Shown piece by piece: positions 15,444-29,701 of a DNA stretch of 64,000 nucleotides. How positions within the stretch are numbered: the stretch's first letter is position 1; each line of letters starts with the position of its first letter. The notes beneath the pieces were generated by a model. The model worked only from the letters and a program-made list of their open reading frames with translations. It searched no databases and was not told the DNA's origin. This DNA comes from Octopus vulgaris (lineage: Eukaryota): NCBI GenBank assembly GCA_951406725.2, contig OX597839.1, positions 38,068,001 through 38,132,000 on the forward strand, given 5' to 3'. A program made the translations under genes and the position numbers.

Positions 15444-16052
15444 TATGTAGTGAAGCATCTGTATACGTGTATGAATATAAATCTGTTGTCGTATTATTCT
15501 CTGTGCGTGTGTGTTGTGTTATGTGTGTGTGCGTGTGTACGTGTTTGTCCAGTTATTGCTTATGCTCTTGATTATCACATAACTGCGCCGTTACATCAGA
15601 AAACAATAGTGTTTGAATTTGTCTTCATTGGACATCTGTTTTTGCGTTTAGTTGGAGAGGGAGGAGACTCGGCTCTCTTGAACCTGTATGTTTTCGGGAC
15701 GCCCGAGAACTGATGTAAGGAACGACAGAAAATGTTCCCAAACAGGAAACCAGATCTCCGAATGACTGCATCATTTTAAGTTCAGTTAAAGAACCGCAGC
15801 GAGAATCTGGGTGAAAGGGTGTTAAAACTGAACAAAGTATTAAGCCCACCACGCCAAAAGCACATCACGGAAAGGATAGCAACAATTCAACCAAATTGCA
15901 GATATGGGGCGATACATTATCGCAACGACACTGAAAGATATAAAACATAGTTAACTTGAACGGGATTTGAAATCTAGACGCAGAGATACGAAGAAAAAAA
16001 TGCTCCCTCAGTCGTCGCCTGGTCTTCGCGTTTTTGCACTTCAGTCAATTAT

Positions 16053-16132
<80 letters not shown>

Positions 16133-16170
16133 TTATCTATCTATCTGTCTGTCTATCTGTATATCTATCA

Positions 16171-16202
<32 letters not shown>

Positions 16203-16506
16203 GCCTGTCTAAATATATATCATATACATATTCAGATCATATATCATATTATATCTTATATCACCCACACATACACACACACACACAAATATATGCATAT
16301 ATATATATATATATATATACACGTACATATATATAAACACATGTTATATTTATATATTTATACATATATATATGTACATATACATATATATATATATATA
16401 TTTCTTATTTCTTATTTTGTATTTCTTATTTTCTTATTTTGTATATATATATATATACACACATATGTATGTGTGTGTCTGTGTGCCTGTGTGTGTGTAA
16501 GTATAC

Positions 16507-16537
<31 letters not shown>

Positions 16538-16939
16538 AACAAATACAGCTATTTGGTACACACACACGCACGCACACATACATGTATGCATATATGATGT
16601 GTGATGCTGGCCAATATTCGTATTCACGGTCTGCGATCGTTCAGAAGATGTCAGAAAGCTTGTAGAGCATAAAACTGGAGTATTGACAAAAAAAACTTGG
16701 TTTAAATAAATATTAGAATTTAATCCATGCCATGATGCCGTTCATGATTCAGTTTACTTAGCCCATTGGCACACACATAAATGCACACATATACACACGC
16801 AAATACGTGTGTGTGTGTGTGTGTGTGTGAGTGTATCTTTGTATATTTGTGTGTTTGAGTATGTAAAAAGTGTGTAAAAGTGTGCCAAAAATTGAACTAT
16901 ATATATATCTGACTGTCTCTCGCCGTCTATCTATCTATA

Positions 16940-16974
<35 letters not shown>

Positions 16975-17254
16975 ATTTATAGCTATGTTTGTCTATCTAT
17001 CTATCCATCAATCTGTCTGTCTGTCTCTCTGTCTATCTATATCCATGTCTGTCTGTCTATCAATCTATCTATCTATCGATCGATCAATCTATCTGTCTGT
17101 CGGTCTGTTTGTCTTTCTGTCTATATCCATGTCTACCTGCCTGTCTGCCTATGTATGTATGTATGTATGTATGTATGTATCTATCTATCTATCTATCTAT
17201 CCATCTATCTGTCCATCCATCCATCCATCTATCTATAGATCTATCTATCTATCC

Positions 17255-17388
<134 letters not shown>

Positions 17389-17744
17389 TTATCTCTCTAT
17401 CTATCTGTGTGTGTGTTTCTGTGTGTCGCTCTCTGTCCATTTTCTTTTACTAGAACAAACAAGAAATATATGACTCCGAACATGAGGATTTACAATTTTT
17501 GTATCACTTTCATTTTTTATATATTTTCCTTGTTTTTACCGATTAAAAATTACAAAATTAAGAATACACCTGTGTGCGTGTGTGTGTGCATTTACGTATG
17601 TATGCATGTATGCATTTCTGCACGTATGTATGTATATATATATATATATATATATAGATGTAAGTTCGTAATCATTATATACATATGCTTGCATATATGC
17701 ATGTATGTATATATGCGTACGTGTGTATTTATACGTATATATGC

Positions 17745-17790
<46 letters not shown>

Positions 17791-18505
17791 GTGCTTATGT
17801 GTTTTTGTGTGTATGTTTTTGTGTGTATGTTTTTGTGTGTGTGTGTTTGTGTGTGTGTGTACGTACTAACGTATGTAACTATCAATGAACAACGAAAACC
17901 AAATTAAGAATTTAACGGTTGAAATGGCGGAAAACTGGAAACACGTATCTGAGAGAGAAGTTGAAAGGGTTAAGACAACAAACAAACAGATCCGAGATTA
18001 AATTTTGAACGAACGCACTGAAGGAAAAAAATAAAGAAAGAAAAAAATATCCGAAACACCAATATAAATAAAAAATATATATATAAAAAAAATAAATAAA
18101 TAAATAAATGAATAAAAAAAATATAAATAAATAAATAAATAAATAAAAATAAAAAATAAATAAATAAATAAATAAAAAAATGAATGAATAAATATAGTAA
18201 AAAATAAATAGAAAGTGAATAAAATGTGTTTCAAAATGTACAAATAATGAAAAAAAAAAAAAAGAATAATAATGTGAGATAGGGAAGAAAGAGTTTCATG
18301 GAATAAAAGTACGGAGGAAAGAGGTTGTCACATGTGTGGGAATTTAACAAACTGCAGTGAGTAATTATCTCAATGAATATTATAATATAATAATTAAAAC
18401 GAAATTTTTGCTTTAAAGGAAAAAAAAAATAAACAATATGTTTATAATTTATAGTTAAAATGTGAAATTGCTTCTGTGAAATTTCTTTTTTTTTTGTTTT
18501 TTTTC

Positions 18506-18549
<44 letters not shown>

Positions 18550-18884
18550 TGATGATGATGATGATGATGATGATAATGATGATAATAATGATGATGATAA
18601 TAATGATGATAATAATAATTATGATAATAATAATGATAATGATGATGATGATGATAATAATAATGATAATAATAATAATGATAATAATAACGATAATAAT
18701 AATGATGATAATAATAATGATGATAATAATAATGATGATAATAATAATAATGATGATGATGATGATGATGATGATGATAATAAGGATGATGATAATAATG
18801 ATAATAATGATGATGGCAATAATGATGATAATAATAATGATGATAATAATAATGATGATAATAATGATAATAATAATAATAATG

Positions 18885-18946
<62 letters not shown>

Positions 18947-19433
18947 GACGACAGCAGCAACAAAAATAATGTTTTATAATAATAAAGATTAAAATAATAC
19001 AGACCAACATTCGTACGATAAACTTGACAGAAAAATATTTTAAAAAATTGTCTTTTGGAAAAGAAATAAAAATGTAAACAAGATAAATATATAAATAAAA
19101 AAAAAATAGATAAAGTAAATAAATAAAAAAGCAACATGGAAAATTTACACATTACACTAATTGCTGAACATGTTTAATTAGAGGCATAAAAGTGAGGAAT
19201 AGAAGAAACGAATGGAAACTGAGAACGGTTAGGTAATGGTGTAAGGGGTGTGGTGAGGACGAGGGCAAGGTTTAGGGTTAGGGTCAGGGATAGGCCTAGG
19301 GTTACGGTTAGAAAAGGAACGTGTCAAAGCGTTATTCAAAAACAAACAACAACAAATTAGTAAGAACAAGTGAAATCAGTGAATCGGTGTAGAAATGCAA
19401 CTGAGAGAAAATGATACGTAGAATATATATATG

Positions 19434-19493
<60 letters not shown>

Positions 19494-19494
19494 G

Positions 19495-19860
19495 TACTCT
19501 ATTACGTTTTTCTACTCGTTTCAGTCATTTGACTGTGGCCATGCTGGAGCACCGTCTTTTAGTCGAGCAAATCGACCCCAGGGCTTATTCTTTGTAAGCC
19601 TAGTACTTATTCTATCGGCCTATTTTGCCGAACCGCTAAGTTATGGGGACGTAAACACACCAGCATCGGTTGTCAAGTGATGTTGGGGTGGTTGGGTGAC
19701 AAACACCGACACACATACATATATATACATACATACATATATATATATGTGGTCGACCCAGGGTAATAGTAAAGGCACTTGGTCAAATTGCCACAAAGTG
19801 GGACTGAACCAGAAGCCATCTAACTGCTGAGTTGCTTAACCACACATCTATGACTGCACT
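19495..19860 (-). mobile_element. SINE family 1, older deleted copy
   Basis: Diverged match; more fragments at 21070-21465, 23555-23790, 28325-28765, 31330-31995 and 54120-54330. Confidence 0.75.
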
Positions 19861-19880
19861 TGGAAAGTACATTACATACT

Positions 19881-19923
<43 letters not shown>

Positions 19924-20413
19924 GCTCACTCACTCACATACACAGAAAGCTCTACGCAAAGTAACAAGTGGCGAGGTGAAAGAGTACATCGCCTTACAGC
20001 TATTTATGAATATGCAATGAGCAACAGGCACTGATCTCCCTCATTTGCATATCTCACCATTTTGTTGGCTGACGCGTATAATTAACTAAACTATTGAGGC
20101 AGCATATTTTTGAGGCAAGGCTGTAAATAAATTTGCATACATCTAATAAATAAACATAAATTTAATCTCGTTATGGAAATAAACCTTGTAGTTATATCGT
20201 CGGGACGATTTCTGCAAAACAGTTTGGATAACAAAATTCGAGTAGTTTTCACAGACTTACTAAGAGTGTATGTCTGCGTGTGATTGTGTGTTTCTGTGTA
20301 CAGGTGTGTATTTTGTATACATACAGATATATATATAGTTCAAATTTATTTTTTAAAAAAACGAAAACGAAGACAGCTGTAGGAACAACAAGCTCTAGAA
20401 AAAAATGCAGAAG

Positions 20414-20451
20414 TCGTTTATGTTTCGAACGTACGCTCTTCGTCAGAAAGG
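20414..20451 (-). ncRNA. Minimal hammerhead motif, family A, canonical CUGACGA core
   Basis: Reverse complement CCTTT-CTGACGA-A-GAGC gtac GTTC-GAAA-CA-TA|AACGA; stems I and III eroded. Confidence 0.55.
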
Positions 20452-20550
20452 AAGAAGAGGAAATAAATAGAAAAAAATATGAAAAAACGTATTGAATTCA
20501 TATATATGCGCGTGCGTGTGTGCGCGTATATATCTATATCTATCTATCTG

Positions 20551-20645
<95 letters not shown>

Positions 20646-20660
20646 CTCTATATATATATA

Positions 20661-21052
20661 CTCTTTACTCTTTTTACTCTTTTACTTGTTTCAGTCATTT
20701 GACTGCGGCCATGCTGGAGCACCGCCTTTAGTCGAGCAAATCGACCCCGGGACTTATTCTTTGTAAGCCCAGTACTTATTCTATCGGTCTCTTTTGCCGA
20801 ACCGCTAAGTGGTACGGGGACGTAAACACACCAGCATCGGTTGTCAAGCAATGCTAGGGGGACAAACACATACATATATATATATACATATATACGACAG
20901 GCTTCTTTCAGTTTCCGTCTACCAAATCCACTCACAAGGCATTGGTCGGCCCGGGGCTATAGCAGAAGACACTTGCCCAAGATGCCACGCAGTGGGACTG
21001 AACTCGGAACCATGTGGTTGGTTAGCAAGCTACTTACCACACAGCCACTCCT
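20661..21052 (-). mobile_element. tRNA-derived CORE-type SINE (family 1, Octopus OR-like)
   Basis: Head GGAGTGGCTGTGTGGTAAG / B-box-like GTTCAGTCCC, CORE-like CTTGGGCAAGTG, internal (TA)(TG) tract, (AAAAGAGT)n tail. Confidence 0.85.
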
Positions 21053-21328
21053 ATATATATATATATTATCTACTTGTTTCAGTGATATGACTACAGTCAT
21101 GCTGGAGTAACGGTTTGTAGGGTTTTAGTCGAGCAAATCGACCCCGGGACCTATTTTATAAGCCTAGTACTTATTCTATCAGCCCCCCCCCCCCCAGACA
21201 TGTGTGGCTGTGTGGTAAAAAGCTTCCTTCCCAGCCACATGGTTCTGGGTTCAGTCCCATTGCTACAGTCTTGGACCGACAAAAGCCTTGTGAGTGGACT
21301 TGGTTGACGGAAACTGAAAGAAACCCGT

Positions 21329-21372
<44 letters not shown>

Positions 21373-21552
21373 ACGGGCTTCTTTCAGCTTCCGTTCACCA
21401 AATCCACTCACAAGGCTTTGGTCGACCCTTGGCAATAGTAGAGGACACTTGCCCAAGGTGCCACCCGAAACTATGTGCTTATATTCGCCTTGTTGGACCG
21501 TAGAACTCTACAGATTCTTACCATTCTCTTTCTCTCTCTTTATTTCCTCATT

Positions 21553-21590
21553 CCTTTCTGTAGAAGAGCGTAGGTTCGAAACGTAGAAGA
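21553..21590 (+). ncRNA. Minimal hammerhead-like motif, family A
   Basis: CCTTT-CTGTAGA-A-GAGC gtag GTTC-GAAA-CG-TA|GAAGA. Confidence 0.5.
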
Positions 21591-21676
21591 CTTTTTCATT
21601 TTTCAGACTAATACACTTGCTCGTTGTTAACAGACCTGTCTCCATCTTTTGATTTTCTATAAATTTCAACTATATA

Positions 21677-21745
21677 CAGCGTTTTTCAACTGGAGACCCT
21701 CGGAACCCAGGGGTTCCACAAAAGTTTCCTAGGGGTTCTGCGAGA
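21677..21745 (+). mobile_element. hAT/Charlie-like terminal fragment
   Basis: CAGCGTTTTTCAAC end followed by GGAACCC..GGGTTCC..GGGGTTCTGCGA subterminal pattern; partner end not seen. Confidence 0.4.
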
Positions 21746-21935
21746 AAGAGTGAGATAAGCTAATGCTAATTTCATGATCGTAAAATTACAACATTATTGA
21801 TTATTGTAATATTGTAATATAGACATCATCCTATCTAACCTATTATGATATCAAAAAAAAAAAATAATAACTATTGGGGCTATATTTAGCGACGTTTGTA
21901 ATTTATGGGCACCATATATATATATATATATATTC

Positions 21936-22022
<87 letters not shown>

Positions 22023-22197
22023 TAATTACGATGAAAGTAAACAAACAGAGTTTGCTTTAGAAGCGTTGAGATGTATTGAAAGATTGAGATAAGGAAATAA
22101 TTTATTCTCAAACACAGAATAAATTATTCTCAAACTCGCATGTAAGTTCGAGTCTCATGACTGGCCGCTGGCAAAATTTTTCTACAAAATATGGATA

Positions 22198-22609
22198 GGC
22201 GCAGGAGTGGCTGTTTGGTAAGTAGCTTGCTAACCAACCACATGGTTCCGGGTTCAGTCCCACTGTGTGGCATCTTGGGCAAGTGTCTTCTGCTATAGCC
22301 CCGGGCCGACCAATGCCTTGTGAGTGGATTTGGTAGACGGACACTGACAGACGCCTGTCGTATATATGTATATATATATAGAAGTGTGTGTGAATATGTT
22401 TGTGTGTCTGTGTTTGTTCCCCTAGCATTGCTTGACAACCGATGCTGGTGTGTTTACGTCCCCGTCTCTTAGCGGTTCGGCAAAAGAGACCGATAGAATA
22501 AGTACTGGGCTTACAAAGAATAAGTCCCGGGGTCGAGTTGCTCGACTAAAGGCGGTGCTCCAGCATGGCCGCAGTCAAATGACTGAAACAAGTAAAAAGA
22601 GTAAAAGAG
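22198..22609 (+). mobile_element. SINE family 1, full length
   Basis: GGCGCAGGAGTGGCTG head to TGACTGAAACAAGT(AAAAGAGT)n tail. Confidence 0.88.
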
Positions 22610-22740
22610 AGAAAAGAAAGAGTAAAGAGTTTGTCCTGTTCCCGTTATTCTGTTAGCATTAATCTGCGTTTGAGAATAAATTATTTCCTTATCTGTACCT
22701 TTCATATATATATACATACATACATAAACCTCCACACCCA

Positions 22741-22788
<48 letters not shown>

Positions 22789-22925
22789 TAAACTTAAATG
22801 TTGAAGTGAATCGAACGGCTTTTGTGTGTTTCTTAAATGGCTTATAAACACCTTCCACGCTGCAATTGTTTTCGTTTCAGCACACGATCTCAGATCAAAT
22901 TACTTGCTATGCGAGTACATCTCCG

Positions 22926-22987
<62 letters not shown>

Positions 22988-22995
22988 TATAATTT

Positions 22996-23145
22996 AGGGT
23001 ATCTACGAGATACCGCCATGCTGAAAATAGCAGTCAAGATCTGACTCTAAATCCACATTAAATGTTCATACAGCACAATTTAATGTGGTTTTAGAGTCAA
23101 GTTTTGGCTGCTATTTCCAGCGTGGTGGTATCTCTTAGATACCCT
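22996..23145. repeat. ~150-bp imperfect palindrome (MITE-like foldback)
   Basis: AGGGTATCTACGAGATACCGCCATGCTG..CCACATTAAAT / ATTTAATGTGG..GGTATCTCTTAGATACCCT with a 14-nt loop. Confidence 0.8.
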
Positions 23146-23445
23146 CAACTATAATTTTAATAATAATTATTAACTTTGAAGGTTTTTATTTCCATGATAG
23201 CCACTTGATAAGATCGATATTTAATTTAAATTAACGATCTTATACTTATTTATATATACATATATATAAATAAAGTCGAACTCGCGTACATGAAAGTATG
23301 TGTATTGTTAGTTTGTCGGGCTCTTTTTTAGGCATTTTTTAGGCATAAGATGCATTAGAGTCTAGGTCCATTAACACGTAGGGCGCTAGAAATGGCTAGG
23401 CACAATAACATAGGGTTCACAGTTATGTAAAACAAACATAAAGGT

Positions 23446-23488
<43 letters not shown>

Positions 23489-23510
23489 TGCATTTTCAAA
23501 CCTTCTTTCG

Positions 23511-23543
<33 letters not shown>

Positions 23544-24198
23544 GTACACCTCAGGCCGCCCAAAGCCTTGTGAGTGGATTTTGTAGACGGAAACTGAAAG
23601 AAGCCCATCGTGTGTATATATATATAAAATTTTACTCTTCGTTTATTTGTTTCAGTCATTTGACTGCAGCCATGCTGGAGCACCACCTTAAGGTGTTTTA
23701 GTCGAAAAAAATCGATCCCAGGACTTAAGCCTAGTACTTATTCTATCGGTCTCTTTTGCCGTACGGCTAGATACAGGGACATAAACACACACACACACAC
23801 ACACAAATATAGGGTGGGTGCCACTGAGAGAAGTGAATGAGGGAAGGAAGTCAAGGTTCTACAACACGGTACTACTACAAGACCATTCATCACTACCACT
23901 ACTATTAATACCAATGCTAATACTACAACTACACCTACACCTACTGCTGCTGCTGCTGCTGCTGCTATTGCTACATTAAATAGACTAACCGTGAGTGTAT
24001 GGATGACAGTAATCCATTGGAGGTACCCATCACCCCTCTTCCTCTCACCCACTCCTCCCTCTCATGTAAGTCTTCCATCTCAGTAACTCTGACACCTGGA
24101 CAGATTATGGATTAGGGATTAACTGCTAAAGATTACAATGAGGTGGTGCGGTAGTAGGAGCAGCAAGAAGCAGCAAGAAGCAGTAATAGTAGTAGCGA

Positions 24199-24249
<51 letters not shown>

Positions 24250-24256
24250 CCGTAGC

Positions 24257-24324
<68 letters not shown>

Positions 24325-24423
24325 CGACTAGAAAACTTCAGAAAACCATGTATATATATTCTTTTATTATTTTACATATTTCGGCCCTATGGCTGTAGCC
24401 TTGCTTGAACGCCGCCATATATA

Positions 24424-24456
<33 letters not shown>

Positions 24457-24549
24457 AATATGGGAAAACTTTTTATAACTGATAAAGATCATTCGTATCG
24501 GGGCCAAACATTTCTCAACGTTTTTTCAATCCTGTTATATTTTACGTTT

Positions 24550-25290
24550 CATTCAATGACTGATACACTTGTACAAAATTTTTGCTATTAATAAATCCGT
24601 TATAATTATTCTAAGTTTACATAGAATTCTATATAATATAGTAGCATTGTGAACTAATGATTTTTTTTCTCTTTGCAATTTTATTTTATTTGCTGATTTA
24701 TACGCACGGTCAACCGACGAGAATGTGCCATAATTTGTGTTCTCGATATAACAGTCTGAGTCATGAAGTTTGCAACTCTCATGTTTACACTGAAGTTTCG
24801 TTGTTACACTGGTTATCTGAATGGAGCACATTCTGAAGTTTGCCAATCTGAACCTTTGTTTCAATCAGTTGGTTTTCATTCTAATATTCCGCATGTTAAT
24901 ATATTCTGAGTACGAGTTTGTGACTTGGATTTATACATATGGTATCACAAAGGGTCATATAATGATATATTTGTCCAATTTCTCACTAGAATTCATTTGG
25001 TTCTTGTAATAAACTAGAAACGTGGTTTCTGTGGCTTTGCGTTGTTTCATTATGGATGAATTTGTTCTTGCGTCGTGCTATTATAAAATTAAAATTTGCC
25101 ATTCATTATTAGATAATAATTGATTTTTTTGAAGTTGGAACCCGAAGCAGATAAAGCTATAAATATTAGCGTGTAGAATATGGAGTAAAAATAAAAGCAC
25201 CTTTGAATGAAAAAGGTGATGACATCGAGTTTCATCGTTAAAAGTAATTTATTTTGCTTCTCATTTTGAATCATCATATGGTAAACATTT
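24550..25290 (-). mobile_element. Heavily decayed Penelope-like retroelement (RT thumb to GIY-YIG endonuclease)
   Basis: In order on the minus strand: KLDVITFFIQRCF..KKINYYLIMNG (thumb-like), LVYYKNQMNS (linker), KLQCKHESC..CYIENT..SRRLT (GIY-YIG-like), LLIAKILY; many disruptions; may extend to ~26330. Confidence 0.45.
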
Positions 25291-25460
25291 TACAATTATC
25301 CATGGTAAGAGTAACGCTTCCGAAATGGATGTAGGAAATTCGAAGTGTTGCTTTGGTATAATGGCAGAACACCTGTCATGTTTACAGGAGACGTGGGTTC
25401 GTGTTTTGTGGACATCATTCGACTTTTTCCATCAATGGGGTTTTTGAACCCAATGCACGC

Positions 25461-25552
<92 letters not shown>

Positions 25553-25580
25553 ACAACATCCTCATCATCATTATTACTAA

Positions 25581-25750
25581 GGCGGCGAGCTGGCCTAATC
25601 GTTAACACGCAGGAGCGAAAGGCTTAGCAGTATTTCGCTCGTCACTAACTTCTGAGTTCAAATTCCGCCGAGGTCGACTTTGTCTTTCATCCTTTCGGTG
25701 TCCATAAAATAAGTACTAATAGATCACTGGGGTCGATGTAATCAACTTAA
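25581..25750 (+). mobile_element. SINE family 2
   Basis: Same head and core, different or short tail. Confidence 0.8.
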
Positions 25751-26489
25751 CCCCCGACTCTGAACTACTTTAACTACTTCGAGTCACGCGATTTAAAAAA
25801 AAACATAATAGTGAAACGGGTGTAGGAAATACCACATAAACTTGTGTTTATCTTTATTTCTTCATTTACTCTGTGTAACTCATAACTAGTCATACTAAGT
25901 TACTTAACAGGAGGCTGACTGGAAGAAAATTCTCATGACAATAACAATGATTACTTCTTTTTCTCATAAGACGTGCGGAATTAAAGCTTCTTAAGAGGAA
26001 GAAACTTTAAACCACATTTGAGAAAGGATTTGTCGACAAATATTTTATATCCATGGGAGACACTCACCTTCTCCGTTCACGTACAGGCATTTGGTTGGGT
26101 GCTTTTTGTGCATTGATATACTTTTTCTATATATTATGTTCAATATTCCTACATTTATATCTAAGAACGTAACAGAGCTCTATAAATTTGTGACGTTTAT
26201 GTTCGATTGGAGATACAAACATGGAAGTATTAAAAACAGCGATGGCAGTATTTTCGGTCGATTCATTAAGACTTATCAGCTTCTTCATCCCTGTCTGTCT
26301 CAATAAATATCTTGTCAACTTACATGCTGCAGGAAGTGAAGTTTATGTTTAGGAAAAAAAAATTGTTTTTACGATGGTGTACGCCATGTGCGTATGTGTG
26401 TGTGTGTGTCTGTGCCTGTGCGTATGCGTGTGTGTATATAGTTAAAAACATAAATATACATATACAATTATAGATTCATAAAGACCTAA

Positions 26490-26740
<251 letters not shown>

Positions 26741-26942
26741 AAGGTGGAGCCCATTTCTGCTTTATTTTGAACGAATTTTTCGCATCTTGCAATAATGAAG
26801 ATATGTAAAAAATTGATTTTTTATTAAATATGATCAAATAAGTTATTTCCAGGTTTTCGAGTTACGAAACAAATTTGTCGTAACATTTAGATTTTTCTTT
26901 TGTTAAATAAAAGTTCATTTAGATATTTCTCTACCACTTATA

Positions 26943-26993
<51 letters not shown>

Positions 26994-27002
26994 ATATATA
27001 TG

Positions 27003-27043
<41 letters not shown>

Positions 27044-27068
27044 ATATATATGTATGTATATATATATG

Positions 27069-27125
<57 letters not shown>

Positions 27126-27205
27126 ATATATATATATACATAAAGTGTTAGGTGTGATGCACAGAAATTGAATATTGAGAAAAAAATCCTTTTATTTCTT
27201 TGTTA

Positions 27206-27245
27206 TTATTAACGCTTTCGTTCCTTTCTAGAACTTGTCAAATAA
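27206..27245 (-). ncRNA. Minimal hammerhead motif with U3-A8 core
   Basis: Reverse complement TTAT-TTGACAA-GTTC tagaaag GAAC-GAAA-GCG-TTA|ATAA; degenerate inverted partner at 27281-27320. Confidence 0.55.
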
Positions 27246-27354
27246 AATGTTGTGAATGTACAAACAGCTTTCACAAAGTTTTAATTGACAAGTTCTAGAA
27301 AGGAACGAACGAGCTAATAATAATGAAGAAATAATATATGTATATATATATATA

Positions 27355-27551
27355 ACGGGAAGGTTTACGAAAATAAACAAAAGACGAAGGCAGGTGGAGT
27401 ACAAACAAACAAATGTATTAGTATAGCGCTCAGGAATAGAAATAGAAAAAGTCTTTTACGTTTCGAGCCTACGCTCTTCGACAGAAAGATACACAGAAAA
27501 AAAAACAAGGAGAGAAAAAAATGCGTGTAGGAGCTAACGATCTATCATGGC
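27355..27551 (-). mobile_element. ~200-bp (TA)n-anchored repeat, family A (putative Penelope pLTR/solo terminus)
   Basis: Near-identical inverted copy at 33857-34053; relatives at 3597-3755, 3980-4065, 21530-21672 and 27565-27713; carries the hammerhead-like motif. Confidence 0.7.
27452..27489 (-). ncRNA. Minimal hammerhead-like motif, family A
   Basis: Reverse complement identical to the 33919-33956 motif. Confidence 0.6.
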
Positions 27552-27591
27552 ATTGAACCGTTAATCAATACACATTTTTTCTCTCCTTATT

Positions 27592-27629
27592 CCTCTTTGT
27601 CGAAGAGCGTAGGCTCGAAACGTAAAAGA
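27592..27629 (+). ncRNA. Minimal hammerhead-like motif, family A (degenerate)
   Basis: CCTCT-TTGTCGA-A-GAGC gtag GCTC-GAAA-CG-TA|AAAGA. Confidence 0.45.
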
Positions 27630-27716
27630 CTTTTCCATTCGTAACGAGCATTAAACTAATACACCTGCTTATTGCTTCTACACCTGCCCTCGTCTTTTGT
27701 TTTCTGTAACTCTGAG

Positions 27717-27979
<263 letters not shown>

Positions 27980-28083
27980 ATTTCAATAATATATAGTCTA
28001 TTGACTATTCTCTGCATGCTAGACCACTAGTAGAAAAAATTCTATAATTTCCCTACCCTGTATATTCCCCCCACTCTCTCTCT

Positions 28084-28152
<69 letters not shown>

Positions 28153-28769
28153 TTTATTTTTTATTTCTTCTTGCCGGTTTCAGCCTGCGGGCATACATAA
28201 TGTATTTACTACATTTATTTCTTTTATGGAACTGAAAGTGTATGTGTGTATATGTGTGTGCTTGTGTCTGTGTAGATGCATGCATATATATATATATGTG
28301 TGTGTGCGTGTGTGTATGTTTGTGCGTGTTTGTCGCCCCAACATCGCTTGACATATGTACTATGTACATATGTATATGTAAAGTCTGGTACTTGTTCTAT
28401 CGGTTTCAGTTTGCCGGACTGCTAGGTTACGGCGATGTAAGAAGAACCCAACTTCGTGTGTCACACGGTATGAGGACAAACACAAAGACGAAGATATACA
28501 TATACATAGAAACACACGCGCACACATATATGCACGCACTCATACATAGATACATACGCACATACGTACATACATACACACATACATATGTCAAACCAAC
28601 GCTAGTATGTTTACGTCTTCGTACCTTAGCGGTTTGGCAAAAGACATCGATAGAATACGTACTAGGCTTACAAAGAATTAGTCCTGGAGTCGATTTGCTC
28701 GACTAAAGGCGGTGCTCCGGCATGGCCGCAGTCAAATGACTGAAACAAATAATAGACTAAAAGAACATA

Positions 28770-28997
28770 CAGCAGCAATCCCTCGACTATCACGGGGATT
28801 ACCTTCCACCACCACCCTCGCGATAGGTGAAAATCCGCGAAGTAGAAACAGCACTGTACTGTATGTTCTTATTATTTTTATAATTTCTTGATATTTTATT
28901 TTAAATGCAAAACATCACCATAGAGGAATCGACGTAAGCTTAAATAATAACCGCGATAATGGAACCGCGATAGGTGAACCGTGATAGGGAATTACTG
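28770..28997. mobile_element. pogo/Tigger-like MITE
   Basis: TA-flanked; imperfect TIRs CAGCAATCCCTCGACTATCACGG vs CAGTAATTCCCTATCACGG; internal repeats of CGCGATAGGTGAA. Confidence 0.65.
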
Positions 28998-29051
28998 TAA
29001 ATTAGTTCGTTATTGAATCTTACGAAACAAATGCATAAACATATATATATA

Positions 29052-29282
29052 CTCTTTACTCTTTACTCTTTTACTCTTTTACTCTTTTACTTGTTTCAGT
29101 CATTTGACTGCGGCCATGCTGGAGCACCGCCTTTAGTCGAGCAAATCGACCCCGGGACTTATTCTTTGTAAGCCCAGTACTTATTCTATCGGTCTCTTTT
29201 GCCGAACCACTAAGTGACGGGGACGTAAACACACCAGCATCGGTTGTCAAGCAATGCTAGGAGGACAAACACAGACACACAA

Positions 29283-29315
<33 letters not shown>

Positions 29316-29484
29316 CATATATACGACGGGCTTCTTTCAGTTTCCGTCTACCAAATCCACTCACAAGGCTTTGGTCGGCCCGGGGCTATAGCAGAAGACA
29401 CTTGCCCAAGATGCCACGCAGTGGGACTGAACCCTGAACCATGTGGTTGGTTAGCAAGCTACTTACCCCACAGCCACTCCTGCG

Positions 29485-29486
<2 letters not shown>
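29052..29486 (-). mobile_element. SINE family 1, full length
   Basis: Same consensus; flanked by (TA)n. Confidence 0.88.
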
Positions 29487-29551
<65 letters not shown>

Positions 29552-29701
29552 TTATATTATTTGCACAGCGGTTGGCGTTAGCGCGGTACGTCTTTGACCC
29601 TATGTTTCGCATGGAAACCTTAAAACCTGGAAACTCGGATAAATTTCGGCCTAATGTCCCAGCAGACTATAGGATTATATATATGCATATGTATATATAT
29701 A

